Positions 51,993-62,566 of a stretch of 64,000 nt of DNA are shown piece by piece. The number at the start of each line of letters is the position of its first letter. Position 1 is the first letter of the stretch. The DNA lies in NCBI GenBank assembly GCA_903813345.2, contig CAIIXF020000001.1, positions 5,952,001 through 6,016,000 on the forward strand, given 5' to 3'. The notes beneath the pieces were generated by a model, which saw only the letters and a program-made list of their open reading frames with translations, did no database searches and was not told the origin of the DNA. This stretch comes from Owenia fusiformis (taxonomy: Eukaryota). Made by a program: the position numbers and the translations under genes.

Positions 51993-53474
51993 AAAAATTC
52001 AATTATCACAGGTAAGTGAAACAGTCATGAACAATATACCCATTGATCGTGTGAATTCACAGAAACACTTAGGATTTATATTTGACAAGCACTTGACAAA
52101 TGAAGCACACATCTTGTCAATTCGAGATAAAGTAAATAAAATGATCAATCCGCTTAAGTCTCTACAACGAAATCTTACATCTAAATCTTTGGAAACTATT
52201 TTTGTATCATTCATAAGACCACATTTTGAATATGGTGCCATTATTTTTAACTCTTCGAATAAATACCTTCTCAATATTTTGAACCAATGCTTTTACCAAG
52301 CAGCACTTATCTGTAGCGGCTGTATTCATGGAAGCAGCACAGAAAAAGTCATTGATACACTTGCATGGACACCTCTTGAGACCAGAAGGGATATGCAAAT
52401 TTTGAGATTTATGTATCGCGTAAATCACAATTTATGTCCAAAATACATTACCGATATTTTTGAGCCTTTAAAAATTCAAAATGCAAGAACATTAAGACAT
52501 AAGATAGACTATAGATTGCCCGCAAAATGCTCAGATAAATTGAAAAAGTCGCCAGCTTTTAATGCTGCCTCACTGTGGAACAGAGCTCCACAATATCTAA
52601 AAGAAAGTCCAAGTCTTCCTATCTTTAAAAGTCGCCAAAAAAAACTTATCCAAGAATCAAAACCTAAATTTGACCCTACAACCAAACTAAAGCTTACCAG
52701 GAACTTAGAAATCGTACTAAACAGATTCAGAGTAGATCTGATTTTTAAAGCCCAACTATATGCACACAACTTTACCACTTTAAACACTCCCAACTGTGCA
52801 TGTGGATTACCTGAAACCCCAAAACATGTCTTTTTTAGATGCCCTCAAAATCTTGCAAGCAGAACAATGTTTTTTAATAAAATCTCAATATACAAACCAA
52901 ACACTATCAAAAATGAAAACCAAATTATGCATTTTTTGAAATATGGAAGTAATGACCTTTCAATCCTTCAAAAGAATGAACTTTTTGAAAACGTTGCAAA
53001 CTTTATCCAAGAAAATATGAAATAAGACCCCTTCCATAGTTTTTCTGTATCATCCTCATCTCCCTTTTTGCCCTCATGGAACCAAAAACTTGACACCTAA
53101 CTCTCATTCTTAGCCAGACACCCCCAGTTCTTCTATGCCACAATGGACAAAATGCTGTTCCTAATTGTATAAAATATAAATTATGTATTTAAGCTTGGCC
53201 TATAATGCCACTAGGCGATTGGCAAGCAATTCGATGTAAATTTGAATATCATGAAATAAATAGTTTATCATATATAAAAAAAAAAAAAATATATGTTTAT
53301 TTACTTATTCCTATTTCCAGAGAAACAGTCGAGGTAGTGTCAATCCCACTGATGCCTTCAGGTTTTCTGTGGAGGAGCGTATACAGTGCTCTCAGTCCAA
53401 AAAGGTGCGCTACACCAACAGAGATGAGTTCATCTTGGAGTTGCCTATACCTCTAGAAGCTGCTACTAACAAGG
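28153..53474 (+). CDS. USP5: Ubiquitin carboxyl-terminal hydrolase 5/13 (isopeptidase T), partial; exons 28153-28251, 35828-35953, 36841-36895, 38200-38318, 38973-39079, 39401-39636, 41852-41946, 42138-42331, 42821-42892, 43217-43322, 43743-43865, 53321-53474; continues beyond the window
   Basis: Twelve GT-AG exons join in phase (1486 nt, about 495 aa). They give [42 protein letters not shown], ZnF-UBP ([52 protein letters not shown]), Cys box [16 protein letters not shown] and [18 protein letters not shown]. The UBA domains and His box were not found in the window. Confidence 0.95.
30153..30940 (-). mobile_element. Decayed 3' fragment of a Tx1/L1-clade LINE
   Basis: ORF 30348-30818 has [36 protein letters not shown] (zinc-knuckle region); T-run (reverse poly(A)) at about 30154. 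Confidence 0.7.
32405..33374. mobile_element. TTAA-flanked foldback element (Kolobok-like termini)
   Basis: TTAA|GGTGCCATGGAAGTTAAC ... GTTAACTTCCATGGCACT|TTAA; arms pair over about 330 bp once the insert at 32535-32745 is removed. Confidence 0.7.
32535..32745. mobile_element. Small MITE with CAC termini and 5-bp TSD (ATCAT), nested in the foldback arm
   Basis: ATCAT|CACACTACTATACCT ... AGGTATAGTAGTGTG|ATCAT; the empty site ATATCATTTACA is seen in the related copy at about 12360. Confidence 0.8.
36050..36560. repeat. Fragment of the tandem-core repeat family also at about 230-520, 1130-1480 and 57155-58810
   Basis: Repeated AGTTCTCAGAAGTTCAAATCTGACCTTAGATTTGAGATTTGACCTTCAATGA..AAGGTCAAAAA motif. 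Confidence 0.65.
37448..37933 (+). mobile_element. 3' fragment of a CR1/L2-group LINE in USP5 intron 3
   Basis: [50 protein letters not shown] is typical of the post-RT region of these LINEs; stop at 37840. Confidence 0.7.
39674..40811. mobile_element. TA-flanked MITE (CTGTAAAACG termini) hosting a nested piggyBac-like MITE
   Basis: TA|CTGTAAAACGGGTA ... TTACACGTTTTACAG|TA. Confidence 0.7.
39759..40453. mobile_element. piggyBac-like MITE
   Basis: TTAA|CCTTTAGCGTGCTGCC ... GGCAGCATGGTAAAGG|TTAA. Confidence 0.75.
40911..41378 (+). repeat. Hairpin-rich interspersed repeat, copy A (inverted copy B at 58843-59387)
   Basis: Long near-identical reverse-complement match to 58843-59387; internal hairpins such as TTATATAATGGTTC..GAACCATTATATAA. 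Confidence 0.85.
47993..51987 (+). mobile_element. Young 5'-truncated Tx1/L1-clade LINE nested in the CR1/L2 element
   Basis: 15-bp TSD AAGTCAAAAATTCAA at 47978-47992 and 51988-52002; AATAAA at 51951 followed by about 35 A. Confidence 0.93.
47995..51657 (+). CDS. LINE ORF2 (APE endonuclease, reverse transcriptase, CCHC knuckle), uninterrupted but lacking its first few residues
   Basis: Frame is open from 47995 ([22 protein letters not shown]) through [52 protein letters not shown] and [13 protein letters not shown] to the stop at 51657. Confidence 0.9.
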   Translation, partial: KRANIFRWLKNHAVDICFLQETFSVKKVEQQWKNEWNSECFYSHGSNHSKGVMILFNKKLDYEILGMVKDDNGRLLLINMKIEETEYSLLNLYSPNDVKQQVEFYRNVNQKLNQHSMENIIICGDLNCALSNIDKRGGKEVTDKIKVIEEINIIKRSHDLCDIWRYQHPNDRRFTWHNPGYTIQCRLDYIFVSSHLIDSSTSDIITAPSPDHLATNLVIQTKDFKRKGKGFWKLNTSLLNDPKFKENIISEVNRIKEEYNNIDDDRLKWDMYKMSIKNACIKFSKQIAQNKRDEEKKVLMEANLAQLKFDKDPSCDNKNELNKIKLKLDIIQDRKTKGHILRSKARYYEEGEHSTKYFFNLEKKNNINKVITKLQNENNEIITEPKNILESERLFYKKLYTSTKAITNSKEQQENPFFNKDNVPKINENDREKLNSKITEEECHKIVKSFKKNKTPGIDGFQAEFYLTFWNQIKDQLMKCFEKAILEGELSITQRRGIISLIPKKSKNRMKLANWRPLSLLNTDYKIFTKIYAERLKGILHKIISTDQTGYIKDRFIGTNVRLLNDLLKYSDEKNEKGLFLFVDFQKAYDSIEWHFIEDTIKAFGLGDKFLNIFKTIYKNSESCLSNNGEHSEFFKLERGVRQGDPLSGILFIMAIETLSIAIKKKIEVKGMTINNQTIKLTQYADDMTLILRDKDSTKEALKLFRLFEYHSGLKLNKDKCEILWIGRDKDKNEDIENIRSVRKSTALGYCFSHLRIISEEVNIKQKIEKIKSKLNIWTGRNLTIQGRILLVKSIGISQIINIASVTTIPDKYIQEIDNIIFNFIWNNKPPKIKRKTIIGLYEQGGLQMAEFRIINKAMKTAWVRRLSNEDTDANWKIIPHYHLNKLGGNYLFDCRYNIEKLKIKNELPDFYIEVLEGWSKIQENTLNVPDNKIVIQEEQIWNNKNILIGEKSFFFPRWYNKNIKQIKDIITEDGTFLTKQEIENKYNIDIQDLDYNGLLTAVPTTWKRELKNFEKVETTTNRDNTIKPMNITCKIAKKIFTAKEFVAPTGIQHLKNDLTDEDIKSTFMLPRKVTKNVNLQIFQFKILHNILVCQKTLHKMGIKDSPKCPNCNQIQDIKHMLVECKYVNCIWQSFSEIMEKVGYKARLSDKDKLYGHKPKDDEYDNFNFGIILVKYFIYKNFLGEQLLNVQSMKNFLKHYIEVVTYNKVENKLTEIYDRL

Positions 53475-54869
53475 GTGAGTATTAGAGGGGGAAGGGCAGG
53501 GTTAATGCACAGGATCACATTAATGTCCCAAAACATTTCAATGGTGTCTCGAAACATTTTTATTTCAGATTTACCCCCTCGGCTAAAATGCAATTGAACA
53601 TTGGCTGTCCAAGTTTGTATAAGACTTAGTATAAATATAATATATTGTTCCGTTTAATGAATACAGTAGCAGAACACAACTTTATGCATTGCATAACTTG
53701 TAGTAGAATGAAATATCAAAACCAATACAAAATGTAATACGGTGTTCAATAACTATAGAAATAAGAAATAGTGGAAAGCTTTGTGGAAAAGTATGAGATA
53801 GCTTTCAGGTGTTGCTGTAGCCAACTATTGTTTAAAAATGTTTGAATTTAAACCAAGAGTATTGTGCTTTATAAATCCTTTTTTTGAAATGATACTGTGG
53901 ATGGTTGGTTATCAACATATTGACCATATCATTAGAACAAGGATATCTTACACTTGGTTTCTGCTTGTGTTTAACTTTCAGTTCAAAAATATTTTCTTGT
54001 CATCTTGATTAATACAATTATGTAACTACAGTGTATATCCATAAGGGTGTCAGTTGCCTGTACACTGAACATTGATAAAATTGATAAACTACTGTGCAAA
54101 CTGTTAATGTAAAAATAATGTCATTATTTGAATGAAAAACAGCTACCATTAGATAGATTATCAGAAAGGTTTGATTAAATCTGGCAATTTGAAAATCTTT
54201 ATTTTTTGTATCACTGCCATATTGGATTTATAGCATGTCTTACCCATCATCGAACTCATCAAACAGAAGTCAGTTAACATTAAAAATCATTAACGGTAGG
54301 TTAGTTTTCAAAGTTTTACCATATTTAAAACACCATCCTACATATTAAGTTTGCTCTCATAGATGCTATTGATATTTAGAAAGAGTATATTTGAACTGTC
54401 AACTGCCAATTTGCTTTTTCCTACAAATCAAAATATTGAAATTGTTCTGAAACTGACAACGAGACTGACTGATATCTTCACTTTTCTGAATTCTTTAAAC
54501 TCTACAGATGACATTCCAAGTCGTTATGTCATACATTTTAAAGACAGAAATGAATAAGACCTCCCATGTATGTATTATCAAGAGCTACAATTTGTTCTTA
54601 TTAATCATTACAAGTTGTCAGGAACTGATCCAATATATTTAACTGATTAATAGCTATAATAGACTTTTGTTATTAATTCTTGGAGATTATTGAGTTCTGC
54701 AAGACCCAAAGAAGCTTCAATAACTGAATTTTAACCTGCTTTAAAGATAATCAAGTTTAGTATAATGTCATATTAATGATATTTCTGATCTAAATATTTC
54801 AGATTTGCACATAACGATGTCAACCATATTCTGAACATTTAAACATAGATAGATCTTGTGAAGCACTTG

Positions 54870-55840
54870 CACATACAATGTTACACAACACTTACACAAT
54901 GTTACACATATTCTGAACCACTTACAGTACACTTAAACATTGTTACATATATTCTGAACCACTTACAATACACTTAAACAATGTTACACATATTCTGAAC
55001 CACTTACAGTACACTTAAAAAATGTTACACATATTCTGAACCACTTACAGTTCACTTAAACAATGTTACATATATTCTGAACCACTTACAATACACTTAA
55101 ACAATGTTACACATATTCTGAACCACTTACAGTACACTTAAAAAATGTTACACATATTCTGAACCACTTACAGTTCACTTACACAATGTTACATATATTC
55201 TGAATCACTTGCTGAGTACACTTAAATAATGTTACACATATTCTGAACCACTTACACTACACTTAAACAATGTTACACATATTCTGAACCACTTACAGCA
55301 TACTTAAACAATGTTACACAATGTTACATATATTCTGAATCACTTGCTGAGTACACTTAAACAATGTTACATATATTCTGAACCACTTACAGTACACTTA
55401 AACAATGTTACACATATTCTGAACCATTTACAGTGCACTTAAACAATGTTACACATATTCTGAACCACGTACAGTACACTTACACAATGTTACACATATT
55501 CTGAACCACTTACAGTACACTTAAACATTGTTACATATATTCTGAACCACTTACAGTACACTTAAACAATGTTACACATATTCTGAACCACTTACAGTAC
55601 ACTTAAACAATGTTACACATATTCTGAACCACTTACAGTACACTTAAATAATGTTACACATATTCTGAACCACTTACAGTACACTTACACAATGTTACAC
55701 ATATTCTGAACCACTTACAGTACACTTAAACATTGTTACATATATTCTGAACCACTTACAGTACACTTAAACAATGTTACATATATTCTGAATCACTTGC
55801 TGAGTATACTTAAACATTGTTATATTCTGAACCACTTAAA
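54870..55840. repeat. Minisatellite, 41-bp unit, about 23 copies
   Basis: Unit TTAAACAATGTTACACATATTCTGAACCACTTACAGTACAC; period of 41 between 55561 and 55602. Confidence 0.95.
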
Positions 55841-57154
55841 TTCACACTGTTATAGATATTTTGTACCACTTACACATTCACATGAGTCACACATGTACTA
55901 AACCTGACTTAGTTATCATCGTGCTTAATGTCCCCTATTATATCAGGTGTTGGCATCTGTTAATCAGTTTTAGTATAAAAATAGCTTGTCTGGGTGTTAG
56001 GTCTGTTGACTTGTTTCATTGTTGTCTTTACCCAAAATCTGTTCTGTCCAAAATTCAGTTTGGAAGGATTAATGATGCCTTTAAGTGAAAGTGATAAGGC
56101 TACTATTAAATACTGTTTCAAGGTGAAAGGATGGGGTCGGAGATGAATTGCAAAGGAATGATATCATTGGAAGAAATGTTCAACAAAAATGGCTTCTTTC
56201 AGATTGTAATGTGACATTTCCATTGATATTGGATATTTTGGCATACTGTTTTTAATTTGAGAATACATGCATGCTATGTCACAGATCTCTTTTAAATTTA
56301 TTATCTCATTATTGATACCATACAGTTCCTCAATAAAAAATTTCAAATTATTTGGCTTCTCTCTTGCCGAGAAAAAATTTGTCAAAAGTCAATTCATTTT
56401 TTGGGACACCCAATATATACAGTATATAAAAGTCGTCAATCTGTCCAGGCAATTAAACAGGTACAGCATATGAAACTACATGTATGATATTAATATGGTT
56501 ATAATACAACATTTTTTTTAAACACTTTTTTTCATCACTAACACGTATGTATGTCTGTCCTGGTGATAACTCAAATACCATTATCCTGATTTTGTTCATA
56601 TTTTGTACACATGTGCCATATGGGAGTAGAAGTTCTGCCTGAAAGCAGGTTTTCAAAATGGCTGCTTCAGGCTTGTTTTTTAAAAGTGGCAGCCATTTTA
56701 GTGCTGATCTTACAGTAATTTAGGTACTGTATATATAACTGTAATAGCGATATGTTTTAAATGTAAAAAAGTTATATAGGACATTAATAAAGCTAGAAAA
56801 GTAGTAATTTCAAGAAATAAATGGCAGTCATATTGAGAAATGGTGGCTATATTACGATTGAAAAGTAGTGGAGCGATTTTGGCCTTTCTTAAATGTGTTA
56901 TTTTATGATATTTGCTATACATTTCGCTTGTAAAAATGCCAGCCATGGCTATTCGATTAGATTTGCTATGCTTTGGCGTTGCTGTTGTGTAGTTAACTAT
57001 GCGATGATGTCAAAGGAAAATTGTTGATTGGATATTACAACTCTGAAGAGTTTTAAGTTATTGGAAATAAAGTCAAGTTACATCTCTTATCATGTCATAT
57101 ATACACATCATCCCATCCCTCTGTTTGCTCTCCCCCTCCTTTCAATTTTAATAA

Positions 57155-58810
57155 TTTTTATCGCACTTTGAAAAAGTGCTATATTGTCGTCGTCTTGTGC
57201 TGTTGGGCGGGCGTGCGGGCGGGCGGGACATAAACCAAATCTTGTCATCAAATTTCCAGGATAACTGCTTACCTGTTCAACTTGAAATTTTAACAGATGC
57301 AAGAGCAGACTAGTACCAAGATCTGATTAGGTTAAGGGCATGCTGGGTAAACTACGTGGCGGCCATTTTGAATTTTTCAACAAATCTTGTCATCAAAATT
57401 CCAGGAAAACCACTTATCCGTTCAACTTGAAATTTTTACAGATGCAAGAGCAGACTATTGCCAAGATCTGATTAGGTTTTGGGTATGCTGGCTGAATTAC
57501 ATGGTGGCCATTTTGAATTTTTCAATTTGGCCGCCATTTTGAATTTTTCAACTTGCTCCAAATTGACCAAATTTTTTTTTAAAAACATCTACAAGTTCTC
57601 AGAAGTTCAAATCTGACCTTAGATTTCAGATTTCACCTTTCGTTCACCTTCAGTGACCTTGAAAAGGTCAAAAAGTTGATTTTCTAAATTGATATTTTGG
57701 ATTTAAATTGAGGTCAGCTTAATTACAAAACACCTATTTTTCAATTTGGCGGCCATTTTGAATTTTTCAACTTGCTCCAAATTGACCCAATTTTTTTTTA
57801 AAAACATCTACAAGTTCTCAGAAGTTCAAATCTGACCTTAGATTTCAGATTTGACCTTTCGTTCACCTTCAGTGACCTTGAAAAGGTCAAAAAAGTTGAT
57901 TTTCTAAATTGATATTTTGGATTTAAATTTAGGTCAGCTTAATTACAAAACACCTACTGAGGTCTGAAAAAGTTAAATTTTCAAGGTCGAAGGTCAAGGT
58001 CGTTAAACTAGGTCACAAATGATGTTATCCAAGTTTCTCAAAGTTTGAGACTACAAATCAATTCTTGTCATCAAAATTCCATTGAAACCGCTAACCTGTT
58101 CAACTTGAGATTTTTACACATGCAATAGCAGACTAGTGCCAAGATCTGATTAGGTTTAGGGCATGCTGGGTAAACTACGTGGCGGCCATTTTGAATTTTT
58201 CAACAAATCTTGTCATCAAAATTCCAGGAAAACCACTTATCCGTTCAACTTAAAATTTTTACATATGCAAGAGCAGACTATTGCTAAGATCTGATTAGGT
58301 TTTGGGTATGCTGGCTGAATTACATGGTGGCCATTTTGAATTTTTCAATTTGGCCGCCATTTTGAATTTTTCAACTTGCTCCAAATTGACCAAATTTTTT
58401 TTTAAAAACATATACAAGTTCTCAGAAGTTCAAATCTGACCTTAGATTTCAGATTTCACCTTTCGTTCACCTTCAGTGACCTTGAAAAGGTCAAAAAGTT
58501 GATTTTCTAAATTGATATTTTGGATTTAAATTTAGGTCAGCTTAATTACAAAACACCTACTGAGGTCTGAAAAAGTTAAATTTTCAAGGTCAAAGGTCAT
58601 CAAATTAGGTCACAAACAATGTTATCTAAATTTTCCCAAAGTTCAAGACTACAAATAAATTCTTGTCATCAAAATTGCAGGAAAACCGCTAACCTTGTCA
58701 ACTTGAAATGTTTACAGATGCAAGAGCACACTAGTGCCAAGGTCTGATTAGGTTTTGGCCATGCTGGGTAAATTGCATGGTGGCCAGTTTGCTCTTCAAA
58801 GTGCGATATT
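57155..58810 (-). mobile_element. Helentron-associated (DINE/HINE-like) element with internal tandem duplications
   Basis: Inverted repeats ATCGCACTTTGAA (57160) / TTCAAAGTGCGAT (58795-58807), terminal hairpin GCACTTT-GAA-AAAGTGC, (GGGC)n microsatellite, and duplicated blocks of about 120-230 bp rich in GGCCATTTTGAA. Confidence 0.65.
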
Positions 58811-58842
58811 TATCACTGTGTGTCTTGTTTATATAACGTATA

Positions 58843-59387
58843 CTATGAGGTTATATAATGGTTCTCTCTGTATATCGTGTTTATACTCAAGTGAATATAT
58901 TATATTCTCACGAGAGTATAAAATGCACGATATACAGAATGAACCATTATATAATTTTATTATGCCACTCTAAGTTCAATTACAGTTGATTCGAACACAA
59001 TCATAACAATTAAAAACCATAAAAATACCCCATAGCCAACTCAATAATGCCGATGTTGATCTCGAACCATTTATGACGTGGCTTGATTCTAGCAAATCAT
59101 GCCGGAACCATTTATGACGTCACTTGATTCTAGGAAATCATGAAAATTTTGAAGTGTCGGAACTCCTCATTCGCTCCGTTCATTCGAAGGACACAACAGT
59201 CTGTGTAACAAAACATACACCTTGTTCTTCAGTCTATATTCATTAGTTCCCAGAATGCACTTCTACAGTGGTATACGCTGGAGTGTATACGGAGGAGTTG
59301 TATACGATGACGATATACCACTCTCCACTGTATATCGTTGTTATAGACTCATGTTATACAACTGTAATTGGACTTAGAGTGGTATAA
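58843..59387 (-). repeat. Interspersed repeat copy B (inverted relative to 40911-41378)
   Basis: Reverse-complement match to copy A, with an extra internal segment at about 59090-59230. Confidence 0.85.
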
Positions 59388-60876
59388 TGCATTTTACAAA
59401 ACCAGCAATGACATTGATTTTGTAACGATAGCAAACATTTACATTTGCACGTTAGACGTTGGTGACTTCCTTACTTTTCAAAAATATTTTCACCAAAGAA
59501 TCGTATTTAAAAAGAATCAAAATAAAAGGTATCGACTGACATACATCAACTAGGCTCAAGATAAATTCACAGAAATTGCAAATAGAAGTTAGACAGTACC
59601 CACAACCAAAACTTAAACCCACAAATGAACAGTAGTGTTGTGAATGTGTGATAATAGAGGATAATTGATAAGTATGTCATTTATATGGCATAATTAATGT
59701 GTCAGTAAAAGATATATGAGAATTTGAACAGTCTCCAACTTTTCTGAGAAAGTGGTGGTGTTTGGCATTTGGCTTCTGTGAGGTGGTTTCATTTTGCATG
59801 TTAAAGGACAACAGAAATAGTAATTTAATCTTTTAATAATGGATGTATTATATTTGGATATCTCATCTTATCAATAATATGGCAACTTTTTCATTTTACT
59901 AAACACGGTAATGCTAGAAAGCAATATTTAGGAAATGGTCTGTGACATATTTTGGCCCCCACATGTTCTTTCAGTGTGGCCACTTGGCCCATTTTGGTCC
60001 TTTGAATCATGACGCCATAATTCCAAGATGTTTTGTTATTTGTTTCCATAACAATTGAGAGATTTTGCACTGAGTTCCCTAACTTCATTATCAGGAATTG
60101 GTGGCAGCTAAGAGTATAGATTGACAGGAATATCTAGAAGCTTTGGCAAAATATCTTGTAAAATTCAAAAATTGCTACCACCTTGACAAACTAAAAAGTT
60201 ATGTTTTCAGCTCTTTTTGGTCATCCAAAAGTATTCATTCAACTGCAGTCTAGCTTCGCTTATAACTACCTTATTTTACAAATAAACAATAATGTTTACA
60301 ATTTTCGACAAAATATGTCACAAAGATTCAAAATGGCCATCATTTTTATTGTCATTTTAGATATTACTTTATATGTTATAAAATCAAAATATATTGCATT
60401 GATTTGGTTGATTATACAGGTACATTGTGGCAAAGTGTTACGTTAACAATAATACCTAGAATGCACTTTCACGATGTGAGCCCAGTACCCATGGTATTAT
60501 TTATTCTAGTTTGGCTATAGATCCAAAAGTATTACATTGATTTGCTAGAAATTTTCACTATTAAATGCTTGTTGTCAGAATATCATTTTTTACGATATGT
60601 TCTTAGAAATGTTACAATCAACTCAGTTTAATGTTAAGTCATTTAAATATTCTAAGTTCTTGTATTTAACATTAAATATGCATGCATGACAATTTTTAAG
60701 AAGGGGTTAATAAGTCTGTCAATAGATTGAAAACATAATCTTCATCTGAATTGTACTCCAGGCATATATTTCTAACATATATTTGACAACTGTGTATTAT
60801 TCCTATTTCCCAAATTCAGTGGTATTATGTAGGAGAATCACTTCACCTTCACAATTTACCATATGGGTTATAATTG

Positions 60877-61254
60877 TCACACTAAGGTCTCTTTGCCTTC
60901 TAAATGTTCCTCATTTGTTGGCAGACTGAGATTGATCAGAGCAACTGACTCACGGCGGTTTCTGATAATAAAACTATCTCTCTTTACAAACTCCTCGTAA
61001 TAATATGAGTAACGTGCTTCATTCCGCTGACTACTAACATAGCGTACCATTAGTACTACTATTGCCAGGGCATAGAAAGCCAGAACAGCAAGGATATACA
61101 TGAATGCCTCAAATGGCTGGTAGTCTTCCATTGGGTTGGTCATGTTCTTATGCATACTTGTGTTCAGTGCCTCTTCGGAAAGGATCAATGCCGTTGCATA
61201 TGTTTGATTATGTTGTATAAAACGTAGAGTAATTTCCATGCCTTCATTCAACAT
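60877..61254 (-). CDS. 125-aa single-pass membrane protein, KCNE/MinK-like, antisense within the presumed USP5 intron 12
   Basis: ACCACCATG start context with a CAG acceptor about 17 nt upstream. Three N-glycosylation sequons (NQT, NTS, NMT) precede one hydrophobic helix AFMYILAVLAFYALAIVVLMV, followed by RYVSSQRNE..YSYYYEEF. This parallels the KCNE layout of TM helix + YIRSKK.E + aromatic/acidic segment. Confidence 0.65.
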   Translation of the reverse strand: MLNEGMEITLRFIQHNQTYATALILSEEALNTSMHKNMTNPMEDYQPFEAFMYILAVLAFYALAIVVLMVRYVSSQRNEARYSYYYEEFVKRDSFIIRNRRESVALINLSLPTNEEHLEGKETLV

Positions 61255-62566
61255 GGTGGTTATTCTAACACCTGATGTCCTGGGTTTTTATGTATCTCAA
61301 TATAGTGAATTGAATCAATTAATTCCTGTATTTCCGTTGTTCCATTATAAAGTTGATGACACTTTGACATACCCCAATTTATGTTTAGAACAGATAGCAT
61401 TTACTTGTCGCTTACCCAACTCTCCACTGGATATCATAGCCTTTCCAATGCAGACTCATTCTATCACTTTGCTCCAATGCTCAAAAATCAAGTCACTAAT
61501 AAATCCTTTTAGTGAAGATTGCCATATTTATGGTTTACTTTTTCAAGTCTCAATGTTCTATATACTGTTTTCCTTAACTGAGTGTTATGAAAGTGTCCAT
61601 ATATCATTGATTGTGCTGATCACTGCGTGCAGGTTCAGGAACTAAACTAATGATGTTGATATATGGCACAGTCGCATCTCTCTCTGCAGATATCTTATGT
61701 CTTAGGATTGTCATTAAAGTAAAGGTTTATTACATCCTTTAAAACATTTATCACTGTAACCCGGTTGATTTAATGAGCAACTTTATCTTTGTTCTCTAAG
61801 ATGATGTTATGAGCCTCCATACTTTGAGAACATATTTGTATTATTACACGCACATAAAAACCATAAACTATAAACTATCATTACATCTCATTGGATTCTA
61901 GATATTCAATCAATTTCCTATTAAAGCCAATACATCCTTTTCTGTCTTCTAATTAATGCAAATCTTTCCTCTGATACTGTCTCTCATCAGCTAATGTCAA
62001 GTGAAACGGAATTCAATATACAAGCTTTAAGAGCATCATTATCTCAAAATTACTTAATTCACAAGAATTATCTAGAGAGAGAGAGAGAGTAAAAGCTGTT
62101 TAACACATAATGTTGTATGAAGTATGTGTTATTTATTGCCTATCTATGACACTTACTGTGATAATGTGAGGAGTATTCCCGAATCGGGATATCAAATCTG
62201 ATTTATATCCAAGACTGAATTGCCATGTATACATATAGTAGTGTATTAATACAGATTTGTTGCCTACAATGCTCTCTGACATTTACTTTCATGTTGTTTA
62301 GTCTCCCATTCGATATATATATAGATATATCCGATGAATTGTATGTCTGTAATAAGAATGGGTACATCCTTTGTTTTTACAAATATTCATTTCCATGAGA
62401 GAATCTTAAAGACATTCATCATATGCAAATATCATTATCTCTAAGGTCATGATGTTGTTACTTATACTTCTTAGAGTCTAGATCAACAATAACAACAGCC
62501 AGCAATCCTCTTTATCCTTCACAGCTCTACATGTACATTGGAAGTATAAAGTAATATGAGCATGCT

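Larger units (their letters stand above)
45310..53289 (+). mobile_element. CR1/L2-group LINE (APE endonuclease + RT), frameshifted and split by a nested LINE; host parts about 45310-47992 and 51988-53289
   Basis: APE motifs (SNINS, LCE, YRSP, MGDLNA, CIDHIF, SDH) and RT motifs ([38 protein letters not shown]). C-terminal [14 protein letters not shown]; stop at 53025; AATAAA at 53255; A-run 53276-53289. A +1 frameshift lies in the A6 run at about 47724. The 5' boundary and TSD were not resolved. Confidence 0.9.

Noticed and set aside
48333-52793. Many short minus-strand ORFs
   Set aside because: Antisense shadows of the LINE ORFs.
51877-53025. 382-aa ORF with a poly-lysine tract as an independent gene
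   Set aside because: The poly-K is the poly(A) tail of the nested LINE read in frame with the remainder of the host LINE ORF.
54870-55840. 41-bp tandem array as CRISPR
   Set aside because: Head-to-tail repeats with no spacers.
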